Below are positions 1 to 12,827 of a DNA stretch of 31,921 nucleotides, piece after piece. The stretch is from positions 1-31,921 of the forward strand of contig CAXHJY010001045.1 in NCBI GenBank assembly GCA_964016885.1, read 5' to 3'. The stretch comes from Eledone cirrhosa (lineage: Eukaryota). Under the pieces are notes generated by a model that worked only from the letters and a program-made list of their open reading frames with translations, searched no databases and was not told where the DNA came from. A program made the position numbers and the translations under genes. How positions within the stretch are numbered: the stretch's first letter is position 1; the number at the start of each line of letters is the position of its first letter.

Positions 1-1191
1 TTCAAAACAATCCATATTTCGTATTCAAGTCCAAATAGCCAATCTATCGCTAAAACAAACTACATTTTCTGTTTCTATTAAGTGCTAAATACGTGGGTTT
101 TTGGACGTATTTAACAGAACAAATTTTGTATTTTTGTTAATCGCTTGTTAAATGCATGGACCCCACTCAATCATTACCTTCTTGCTAGCTATTTTCAAAC
201 CTTAATTCCTAACGTATTTTCAAACCCAATCCCCTAATGTCTAGCGTATTTTCAAAACAATCCATATTTCGTATTCAAGTCCAAATAGCCAATCTATCGC
301 TAAAACAAACTACATTTTCTGTTTCTATTAAGTGCTAAATACGTGGGTTTTTGGACGTATTTAACAGAACAAATTTTGTATTTTTGTTAATCGCTTGTTA
401 AATGCATGGACCCCACTCAATCATTACCTTCTTGCTAGCTATTTTCAAACCTTAATTCCTAACGTATTTTCAAACCCCAATCCCCTAATTCTAGCGTATT
501 TTCAAAACAATCCATATTTCGTATTCAAGTCCAAATAGCCAATCTATCGCTAAAACAAACTACATTTTCTGTTTCTATTAAGTGCTAAATACGTGGGTTT
601 TTGGACGTATTTAACAGAACAAATTTTGTATTTTTGTTAATCGCTTGTTAAATGCATGGACCCCACTCAATCATTACCTTCTTGCTAGCTATTTTCAAAC
701 CTTAATTCCTAACGTATTTTCAAACCCCAATCCCCTAATTCTAGCGTATTTTCAAAACAATCCATATTTCGTATTCAAGTCCAAATAGCCAATCTATCGC
801 TAAAACAAACTACATTTTCTGTTTCTATTAAGTGCTAAATACGTGGGTTTTTGGACGTATTTAACAGAACAAATTTTGTATTTTTGTTAATCGCTTGTTA
901 AATGCATGGACCCCACTCAATCATTACCTTCTTGCTAGCTATTTTCAAACCTTAATTCCTAACGTATTTTCAAACCCCAATCCCCTAATTCTAGCGTATT
1001 TTCAAAACAATCCATATTTCGTATTCAAGTCCAAATAGCCAATCTATCGCTAAAACAAACTACATTTTCTGTTTCTATTAAGTGCTAAATACGTGGGTTT
1101 TTGGACGTATTTAACAGAACAAATTTTGTATTTTTGTTAATCGCTTGTTAAATGCATGGACCCCACTCAATCATTACCTTCTTGCTAGCTA
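1..1191 (+). repeat. 250-bp tandem repeat, about 4.8 near-identical monomers (open at window start); homologous to the RTE 5' UTR
   Basis: TTCAAAACAATCCATATTTC recurs at 1, 251, 501, 751 and 1001. The last monomer runs directly into RTE copy A1 at GCTAGCTA|CCCAACACC. Similar single-copy sequence lies at about 25629-25800 in copy A3. Confidence 0.97.
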
Positions 1192-1233
1192 CCCAACACC
1201 CCTCCCTCCCACCCCCACACACCACCATTGCTA

Positions 1234-1310
1234 TTACGTGGACCAATCATAAAACAGAGCCCCCACGCATCACCAGTATTATTACGCGGACCAATCAGAA
1301 ACCAGAGGCC
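1234..1310 (+). promoter_or_regulatory. Two CCAAT boxes in ~48-bp tandem subrepeats of the RTE 5' UTR (putative internal Pol II promoter)
   Basis: GGACCAATCA at 1240 and 1288 matches the NF-Y RRCCAATSR consensus. Both boxes are retained in the diverged A3 5' UTR (about 25846 and 25947). Function is inferred. Confidence 0.4.
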
Positions 1311-1428
1311 TATACTATCGCTTGCCTGGTTGCCTTTCGATATACGATATACGATATATGATGGATGGATGGACTGCGGAATCCTGGAGAGTGGAGGTGA
1401 GAGAGAAAAATCTGGACGCTCAGCGACA

Positions 1429-2799
1429 ATGCCAAAGATAAAGACAAATTCACCCCTTGGACGAGAATGCGAGCACTCCTCATTGTTTCGACCGCGGACG
1501 GCTAACATAACCCCATCGCCCCCCGCCCCTCACCGCCCCCAACCCCCAAACGCAATCCAAAACTTCAGAGTTGGTACCATAAATGTAGGCACCCTAAAGG
1601 GTCGCGCTAACGAGGTTGTAGAAATGCTTGAACGTAAGGAGGTCGATGTTTGTTGTATTCAAGAGACCAGGTGGAGGGGTGGGTCTGCTAGGTTCATTGA
1701 GGGTAAAAAACGTTGTTATAAGCTTTTCTGGGTGGGAAACGACGATGGGCTGGGTGGAATAGGAATCATGGTAGCAGAAAAGTGGGCAGATAAGATAATA
1801 GACGTAAATAGAGTGAACGACAGAATAATTAAAATACGACTTGTCCTCAATAGAACTACGGTGACAGTAATATCAGCGTACGCACCCCAATCCGGACTGC
1901 CCGGCACTATAAAAGACAGATTCTATGAGACACTGATGCTAACTACCTCCCAAATATCCGACAGTGACTATATAATTATCGCAGGCGACCTAAATGGTCA
2001 CGTTGGACAACATTGTGACGGCTACGACGAAATCCATGGAGGCTATGGGTTTGGTACTAGAAATGAGGAAGACTCCAGAATCCTGGAATTCTGTGATGCA
2101 AATAACCTAACTATCTGTAACACTAACTTCAAAAAACGTGACAATCACCTGATCACCTATAGATCCGGGGAACACACAAGCCAGGTAGATTATATCCTTA
2201 CCAGAAGACGTGACAGAGTGTCTGTTGTTAACACTAAATCCCTCCCCCATGAAGAATGCACCTCCCAACATAGACTGATAATTAGCGACCTCATAGTCAG
2301 GACGAGACGTACTCGACAACAGAAGAGGACTATCCTCAGGAGGAAAATATGGAAGCTAAAGGACCCCACAGCCAGGAATAAATTTCAAAGCATATTACTT
2401 GATGCTTTCGACAGTAAGGAAGAACATTTAGAGTCGGACAATATAGAGGGAGAGTGGGAATTTCTGAAAGCAAACCTGCTGTTGGCGACAGACGAGGTCT
2501 GTGGCTGGAGCAGGCCTGTAGGCAGGAGGAGAGTAACATGGTGGTGGAACAGTAAGGTGGAGGGGTCAATTAAGGCCAAAAAGCAGGCTTGGAAAGTATG
2601 GCGGGATGGGGGAAGTAGAGAGGACTATCAAGTGGCCAGGAGGGAAGCTAGGAGACAAGTGTACTTAGCAAGAAGGGAAGCTGAGGAAAGAAAGTTCAAG
2701 CATGTTCTACAACGCGATGACCAAAAACGTGAGGTGTTCAGGATTGCTAGGCAATGCGTCAAGGAAAACCGTGATATTGTCGGGAGAAGTGTGTACTAA
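1429..2799 (+). pseudogene. RTE A1 ORF, N-terminal part: APE endonuclease plus linker
   Basis: Motifs GTINVGTL, CIQETRW, SAYAPQ, AGDLNGHVG, SQVDYIL and SQHRLI. ATG at 1429 is conserved in A3 (26089). A 1-G deletion near 2782 relative to A2 causes the stop. Confidence 0.93.
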
Positions 2800-2819
2800 A
2801 CGACGATGGCACACTTGCC

Positions 2820-4214
2820 ATGAAGGTCACGGAAAGAGTAATAGCGCAACTAATCAGAGAGAGAATTGACCTAGATGAAATGCAGTTCGGGTTTGTGTCA
2901 GGCAAAAGTACCACAGACGCTCTTTTCATAGTACGACAACTACAGGAGAAGTACCTAGCTAAAGGTAAACCCCTCTACTTAGCTTTTGTCGACTTGGAGA
3001 AAGCCTTCGACAGAGTCCCCCGCTCCATTATCTGGTGGGCTCTTAGAAAACTAGGCGTTGACGAATGGCTTGTGAGGGCTATACAAGCCATGTATAAAGA
3101 AACAGTCAGCAAGGTTAGAATTAACAACGAATATAGTGAAGAGTTTAGCGTAAAAGTTGGCGTCCATCAGGGCTCTGTTCTCAGTCCACTACTATTTATT
3201 ATTGCCCTTCAGGCTATAACAGAGGAGTTCAAGACAGGCTGCCCATGGGAACTCCTATACGCAGACGACCTGACACTCATAGCGGAATCAATGGCCGAGC
3301 TAGAGAAGAAATTCCAAACATGGAAGCACGGCCTAGAGTCAAAAGGACTTAAAATTAACCTGGCTAAGACCAAAGTACTAGTTTGTAGGAAAGAAAACAA
3401 GGCGGCGGTCCCTTCTGGGAAATGGTCGTGCTCGGTGTGTAGGAAAGGCGTAGGTAGAAACTCCATTTTATGTCCTAAATGCAAAGTATGGGTGCATAAA
3501 AGATGTAGTGGGATCACAGGTAAGCTAACTAAGAACATAGATTTTACATGTGGCCGGTGCTCTGGTGCAATAAGTAGCAGCAAGTGCCCACAAACTACTA
3601 GCTCTTTCAATTGCGCAGAGGGTTCTATAGAAATAGTGGACAGCTTCCGTTACCTGGGCGATAAAATCAGCAGTGGGGGAGGGTGCTCTGAAAGTACTGT
3701 AGCTAGAGTCAGAACTGGTTGGAAAAAGTTCAGAGAGCTTATACCACTATTAGCTGCTAAAGGGTTCTCACTAAAAATGAAAGGCAGGTTGTACGATGCC
3801 TGCATACGAACAGCAATGCTGCATGGCAGTGAGACCTGGGCATTGTGTGCAGAGGATATACGCAGACTAGAGAGGAACGAAGCTTGCATGCTCCGCTGGA
3901 TGTGTAACAGTAATATACGTGAACGGCAAAGCATAAACGAACTAAGGAAAAAATTAGAGATAAGAGGGATCAGATGTTGTTTACTCGAGAGAAGGCTACG
4001 TTGGTATGGACACGTGATGCGCATGAAAGTCGATAGCTGTATAACAAAGTGCAGGGCAATAAAGATAGACGGTAGTCACGGAATAGGCAGACCTAGAAAA
4101 ACCTGGGACGAGCTGATAAACTCCGACATCACACACTTACACCTCTCCAAGACAATGTCACTGGACCGAGACCTTTGGCGGTACTCAGTAACAGAGAAGA
4201 CCCGCCTTACCTAA
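2820..4214 (+). pseudogene. RTE A1 ORF, C-terminal part: reverse transcriptase with PHD-like finger and RTE C-terminus
   Basis: Motifs [51 protein letters not shown] and GRPRKTW. The start ATG lies at a deletion junction. Confidence 0.95.
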
Positions 4215-4618
4215 ATATATAGTAAAACCTACTCCAGCCAGTAGGCATCTCTAACAAAATACACCCCGTCCCACCACCCCCACCCCCACCCGATCCACAC
4301 CACCCCGTTCTATGTAAAGTTATGTTGGTGGCGCGCCTTCGAGGCCGAAACAAATGAGATCGTGTAGGTGTCACGACAAAAAAACACACAGTCCACGCTG
4401 TAATGTGGCCGTGTAGGCAACACGGTAAAAACCTCCCAGACCCACACTGTAAATGTGGTTGGTGTTAGGAAGGGCATCCAACTGTAGAAAACCTGCCAGA
4501 CAGTCCTATGCGAGCAAGACAATCACTCTTGCCTCAAGTGGGACTACCCCCGTCCAAACCCATGCAAGCGTGGAACACGGACGTTAAACGTTGATGATGA
4601 TGATGATGATGATATATG

Positions 4619-4649
<31 letters not shown>

Positions 4650-4709
4650 GTATATATATATATGTATATATATGTATAAGTATATATATATATATGTATA
4701 TGTATATAT

Positions 4710-5220
4710 GATAGATGGCATGTCAGACCTTGACTACTGGGGTCGATTGGAAAACCTGAAACTTTACTCACTCCAACGTCGCCGTGAGCGTTATATTATC
4801 TGCATGATGTGGAAAATGTTCCATCATCACTGCCCAAATGATGTTGGCATCGCCTTCAAGATACACCCAAGGCTTGGGCCCCGTGCTATCCGTCCCATTC
4901 AAAAATCTAAATCGCAACTCATAACAACAATACGGCACAATTATTTCACCTCAATCGGCCCTGCTCTCTTCAACATCACACCAGGACACGTCAAAACAGA
5001 AACTGACCACACAAAATTCAAGAAGTCTTTGGACAAATTCCTCCAAGTAATCCCGGACAAACCACCCACACCCGGATATGTCTCCGCAAACAGTAATTCT
5101 CTTCTCGAATGGGCCATGGTGCCCAAATCCTGAATTGAAAGACTTCGCCAGGTGGTGCTATTAAGTTAGACATGGCCTGGGCCAATACTGGCCAAAACAT
5201 TTCAAAGTTATTCAAAGTTA
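4710..5220 (+). mobile_element. CR1-clade LINE, 5'-truncated 3' fragment (short copy)
   Basis: Encodes [28 protein letters not shown]...PKS*, followed by a short 3' UTR and a (TTCAAAGTTA)2 tail. It matches 18814-19324. Confidence 0.85.
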
Positions 5221-5224
5221 TATG

Positions 5225-5401
<177 letters not shown>

Positions 5402-5416
5402 GTATATATATATATG

Positions 5417-5483
<67 letters not shown>

Positions 5484-5484
5484 G

Positions 5485-5531
<47 letters not shown>

Positions 5532-5554
5532 GTATATATATGTATATATATATA

Positions 5555-5615
5555 GGAACCAGTAAGACCCCGACAGCTGAGCTCAAGCCGTGTCGACGGC
5601 TAATTCTGTGAATAC

Positions 5616-5646
<31 letters not shown>

Positions 5647-5725
5647 TATACATATATATACATATATATATATACATATATATATACATATATATATACA
5701 TATATATATACATATATATATATAC

Positions 5726-5814
<89 letters not shown>

Positions 5815-5896
5815 TATACATATATATATATATATGTATTCACAGAATTAGCCGTCGACACGGCTTGAGCTCAGCTGTCGGGGTCTTACTGGTTCC
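5555..5896. repeat. Perfect 61-bp inverted repeat (5555-5615 / 5836-5896) around a 220-bp TA spacer; MITE-like element or centre of a foldback duplication
   Basis: GGAACCAGTAAGACCCCGACAGCTGAGCTCAAGCCGTGTCGACGGCTAATTCTGTGAATAC and its exact reverse complement. Confidence 0.95.
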
Positions 5897-5919
5897 TATA
5901 TATATATACATATATATAC

Positions 5920-6036
<117 letters not shown>

Positions 6037-6051
6037 CATATATATATATAC

Positions 6052-6116
<65 letters not shown>

Positions 6117-6125
6117 CATATATAC

Positions 6126-6232
<107 letters not shown>

Positions 6233-6265
6233 CATATACATATACATATATATATATACTTATAC

Positions 6266-6310
<45 letters not shown>

Positions 6311-6437
6311 CATATATATACATATATATATACATATATATATATACGTATATATATACATATATACATATATATACATATATATATATACATATATATA
6401 TATACATATATACATATATATACATATATATATATAC

Positions 6438-6508
<71 letters not shown>

Positions 6509-6509
6509 C

Positions 6510-6540
<31 letters not shown>

Positions 6541-6707
6541 CATATATATATACATAGATATATATATATATATACATATATATATACATAGATATATATA
6601 TATATATACATATATATATACATAGATATATATATATATATAAATATATATATACATATATATATATATATACATAGATATATATATATATATAAATATA
6701 TATATAC

Positions 6708-6748
<41 letters not shown>

Positions 6749-6761
6749 CATATATATATAC

Positions 6762-6816
<55 letters not shown>

Positions 6817-6869
6817 CATATATATATACATATATATATATATACATATATATACATATATATATATAC

Positions 6870-6916
<47 letters not shown>

Positions 6917-6953
6917 CATATATATACATATATATATATACATATATATATAC

Positions 6954-7004
<51 letters not shown>

Positions 7005-7124
7005 TATATACATATATATATACATATATATACATATATATATATACATATATATATACATATATACATATATATACATACATATATATATATATACATA
7101 TATATATACATATATATATATACG

Positions 7125-7186
<62 letters not shown>

Positions 7187-7216
7187 CATATATACAATAT
7201 ATATATACATATACAT

Positions 7217-7323
7217 AAAACTGTTTATATTGTATTTTGTCTGATGAAGGCATAGCATATTGTTAATATGATATCCCCGAAATATATATAATGAAATAAA
7301 TATGGTTTTATAAATATAGTTTT
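7217..7323 (+). ncRNA. Type I hammerhead ribozyme motif (Penelope-like-element style)
   Basis: Core CTGATGA at 7241-7247. Stem II includes CATATT/AATATG. GAAA at 7279-7282, then a palindromic ATATATAT stem III and an ATA triplet ending at 7290. Stem I TATTTTGT(7233-7240)/ATGAAATA(7291-7298) has 8 pairs including two G-U. Outer pairing AAAACTG/TAGTTTT. Confidence 0.7.
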
Positions 7324-7400
7324 CCATTTATTTAATATTATACATATATACATATATATATATACATATATATATACATATATATATATACATATATATA

Positions 7401-8208
7401 GTATTAGTTATACTATTTATGGTTATGTAAACACAAAACCTTAAGCAGTTGTAAGTATTTTACACACACCCTAAATAGTGGTAGGCAGTAATGTATTACT
7501 ACCTTATTACCAGTAAGTTAAGTAGCTCAATGTAAAAACATCAGATGATTTACAGAGCAGTTATATGAAGTATAAGAATCAAAGAACTGTTCAAAACATT
7601 ATTGTGCTTACAGCTGTTTCCTCCAAACCGAGGTTTGGATTCTTCGGAACAATTTATTAATGCATGGACAGTTATATGACCTCCTTTTCAGCCGAGAGAC
7701 ATACCAACACATATTCAAACATTGATACATATTCAAACATTGTGGGTCAACATTCATTACAGAATTTAGAGTGGCAGTACACACTTCGAGATTACATTTA
7801 TATTAATAGGTACAATCAAAAATCAAAGATATAGGTTAAAGTACAACATGAAGATAAGTGGTTATATAGTGCAAATATTATATGTGTGGCACGCATGTGC
7901 GTCTTGTTTATATAGTGTGGCAGAGAGATATGTGTGGTAGAGGCACTTAGGTAGGTAAATAGGAGTGTTAGGTTGGTAGATCTGGTGGCAAAGTCTTTAT
8001 ATGATTGATATAGTCTGTGTGTGGAGAAATATTATAAGCATTAAAGATAGTGCAAGCATTAAAAGTGTTATAAGTATTGGAGATGCACAGCGCAGGGATG
8101 TCAAGTAATTTATGTACTTCGGCATTTTCATGGTCAAGGGAGTGTATATTTCGATTATATGCCTTTCACATAATCCACGACAATCCAGTTAGAGATCGTA
8201 GTCTCTCA
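7401..8208 (-). other. Unique AT-rich island, possible decayed Penelope-like element terminus
   Basis: Contains the minus-strand hammerhead motif. No recognisable RT or GIY-YIG motif is present, so the assignment rests only on the ribozyme. Confidence 0.3.
7598..7663 (-). ncRNA. Second type I hammerhead motif, probably degenerate (core CCGAAGA instead of CTGANGA)
   Basis: The minus strand reads ATTGTT-CCGAAGA-A-TCCAAAC-CTCG-GTTTGGA-G-GAAAC-AGCT-GTA-AGCACAAT. It has a perfect 7-bp stem II and a palindromic stem III with a GTA triplet; stem I is imperfect. Confidence 0.6.
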
Positions 8209-9833
<1,625 letters not shown>

Positions 9834-10236
9834 CATCATCATCATCATCATCATCATCAACGTTTAACGTCCGTGTTCCACGCTTGCATGGGTTTGGACG
9901 GGGGTAGTCCCACTTGAGGCAAGAGTGATTGTCTTGCTCGCATAGGACTGTCTGGCAGGTTTTCTACAGTTGGATGCCCTTCCTAACACCAACCACATTT
10001 ACAGTGTGGGTCTGGGAGGTTTTTACCGTGTTGCCTACACGGCCACATTACAGCGTGGACTGTGTGTTTTTTTGTCGTGACACCTACACGATCTCATTTG
10101 TTTCGGCCTCGATGGCGCGGCACCAACATAACTTTACATAGAACGGGGTGGTGTGGATGGGGTGGGGGTGGGGGTGGTGGGACGGGGTGTATTTTGTTAG
10201 AGATGCCTACTGGCTGGAGTAGGTTTTACTATATAT

Positions 10237-12616
10237 TTATGTAAGGCGGGTCTTCTCTGTTACTGAGTACCGCCAAAGGTCTCGATCCAGTGACATTGTC
10301 TTGGAGAGGTGTAAGTGTGTGATGTCGGAGTTTATCAGCTCGTCCCAGGTTTTTCTAGGTCTGCCTATTCCGTGACTACCGTCTATCTTTATTGCCCTGC
10401 ACTTTGTTATACAGCTATCGACTTTCATGCGCATCACGTGTCCATACCAACGTAGCCTTCTCTCGAGTAAACAACATCTGATCCCTCTTATCTCTAATTT
10501 TTTCCTTAGTTCGTTTATGCTTTGCCGTTCACGTATATTACTGTTACACATCCAGCGGAGCATGCAAGCTTCGTTCCTCTCTAGTCTGCGTATATCCTCT
10601 GCACACAATGCCCAGGTCTCACTGCCATGCAGCATTGCTGTTCGTATGCAGGCATCGTACAACCTGCCTTTCATTTTTAGTGAGAACCCTTTAGCAGCTA
10701 ATAGTGGTATAAGCTCTCTGAACTTTTTCCAACCAGTTCTGACTCTAGCTACAGTACTTTCAGAGCACCCTCCCCCACTGCTGATTTTATCGCCCAGGTA
10801 ACGGAAGCTGTCCACTATTTCTATAGAACCCTCTGCGCAATTGAAAGAGCTAGTAGTTTGTGGGCACTTGCTGCTACTTATTGCACCAGAGCACCGGCCA
10901 CATGTAAAATCTATGTTCTTAGTTAGCTTACCTGTGATCCCACTACATCTTTTATGCACCCATACTTTGCATTTAGGACATAAAATGGAGTTTCTACCTA
11001 CGCCTTTCCTACACACCGAGCACGACCATTTCCCAGAAGGGACCGCCGCCTTGTTTTCTTTCCTACAAACTAGTACTTTGGTCTTAGCCAGGTTAATTTT
11101 AAGTCCTTTTGACTCTAGGCCGTGCTTCCATGTTTGGAATTTCTTCTCTAGCTCGGCCATTGATTCCGCTATGAGTGTCAGGTCGTCTGCGTATAGGAGT
11201 TCCCATGGGCAGCCTGTCTTGAACTCCTCTGTTATAGCCTGAAGGGCAATAATAAATAGTAGTGGGCTGAGAACAGAGCCCTGATGGACGCCAACTTTTA
11301 CGCTAAACTCTTCACTATATTCGTTGTTAATTCTAACCTTGTGGACTGTTTCTTTATACATGGCTTGTATAGCCCTCTCAAGCCATTCGTCAACGCCTAG
11401 TTTTCTAAGAGCCCACCAGATAATGGAGCGGGGGACTCTGTCGAAGGCTTTCTCCAAGTCGACAAAAGCTAAGTAGAGGGGTTTACCTTTAGCTAGGTAC
11501 TTCTCCTGTAGTTGTCGTACTATGAAAAGAGCGTCTGTGGTACTTTTGATGCTATGCCAGTCCTTCGGAACAACCCCATTCTGTACGACTTGGTTAACTA
11601 TGCGGGTGACCATGGTGTGTCCCACCGTGCCAGATGCCTTCAGCATCTCAGCAACTATTTCCGAAGGCCCAGCCGCCTTACCCGTCTTCATATCCTTGAT
11701 TGCCTTACTTATTATACTCCCCTCGACTAACACTGCTGGTCCCTCTATTGGGTCGATATGGGGGAGACTGCCTTTCTCCCAATTATTCTCCTCATTTAGT
11801 AGCCTTTCATAGTGACACTTCCAAGCTACCTTCTTATCAGCATCGGTGATGGCAAGTGTGCCATCGTCGTTTAGTACACACTTCTCCCCGACAATATCAC
11901 GGTTTTCCTTGACGCATTGCCTAGCAATCCTGAACACCTCACGTTTTTGGTCATCGCGTTGTAGAACATGCTTGAACTTTCTTTCCTCAGCTTCCCTTCT
12001 TGCTAAGTACACTTGTCTCCTAGCTTCCCTCCTGGCCACTTGATAGTCCTCTCTACTTCCCCCATCCCGCCATACTTTCCAAGCCTGCTTTTTGGCCTTA
12101 ATTGACCCCTCCACCTTACTGTTCCACCACCATGTTACTCTCCTCCTGCCTACAGGCCTGCTCCAGCCACAGACTTCGTCTGTCGCCAACAGCAGGTTTG
12201 CTTTCAGAAATTCCCACTCTCCCTCTATATTGTCCGACTCTAAATGTTCTTCCTTACTGTCGAAAGCATCAAGTAATATGCTTTGAAATTTATTCCTGGC
12301 TGTGGGGTCCTTTAGCTTCCATATTTTCCTCCTGAGGATAGTCCTCTTCTGTTGTCGAGTACGTCTCGTCCTGACTATGAGGTCGCTAATTATCAGTCTA
12401 TGTTGGGAGGTGCATTCTTCATGGGGGAGGGATTTAGTGTTTACAACAGACACTCTGTCACGTCTTCTGGTAAGGATATAATCTACCTGGCTTGTGTGTT
12501 CCCCGGATCTATAGGTGATCAGGTGATTGTCACGTTTTTTGAAGTTAGTGTTACAGATAGTTAGGTTATTTGCATCACAGAATTCCAGGATTCTGGAGCC
12601 TTCCTCATTTCTAGTA
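10237..12616 (-). pseudogene. RTE A2 open frame (partial APE, linker, deleted RT, PHD-like finger)
   Basis: The 738-aa ORF 10237..12453 extends upstream to the truncation point. The VPKDWHSI|KSTT junction lacks the YKGKGD...NYRGI...QFGF segment seen in A3. Confidence 0.92.
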
Positions 12617-12644
12617 CCTCATTTCTAGTACCTCATTTCTAGTA
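12603..12644. repeat. 14-bp triplication (CCTCATTTCTAGTA)3 at the A2 5' junction
   Basis: Units at 12603, 12617 and 12631; the sequence is single-copy in A1 and A3. Confidence 0.95.
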
Positions 12645-12679
12645 CATACATATATATATATACATATATATATATATAC

Positions 12680-12714
<35 letters not shown>

Positions 12715-12725
12715 CATATATATAC

Positions 12726-12811
<86 letters not shown>

Positions 12812-12827
12812 ATATATATATATATAT

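Larger units (their letters stand above)
1001..4613 (+). mobile_element. RTE-clade non-LTR retrotransposon, copy A1 (near full length; 1-bp frameshift and 384-bp internal deletion)
   Basis: 5' UTR, APE and RT coding regions, about 400-bp 3' UTR, and a (GAT)n tail at about 4593-4613 abutting the TA microsatellite. The 5' boundary is ambiguous because of the monomer array. Confidence 0.95.
9834..12644 (-). mobile_element. RTE copy A2, 5'-truncated, with a 165-bp net in-frame deletion in the RT N-terminus
   Basis: (CAT)n tail at 9834-9858; 3' UTR and ORF nearly identical to A1. It is truncated within the APE domain at the TRNEEG coding sequence. Confidence 0.96.

Noticed and set aside
1-1191. 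CRISPR array or telomeric repeat interpretation of the tandem array
   Set aside because: Whole 250-bp units repeat with no unique spacers. CCTAA-like words are isolated rather than tandem.
7850-8208. GIY-YIG or RT coding remnant in the unique island
   Set aside because: No diagnostic motif was recognisable in the frames I could read.
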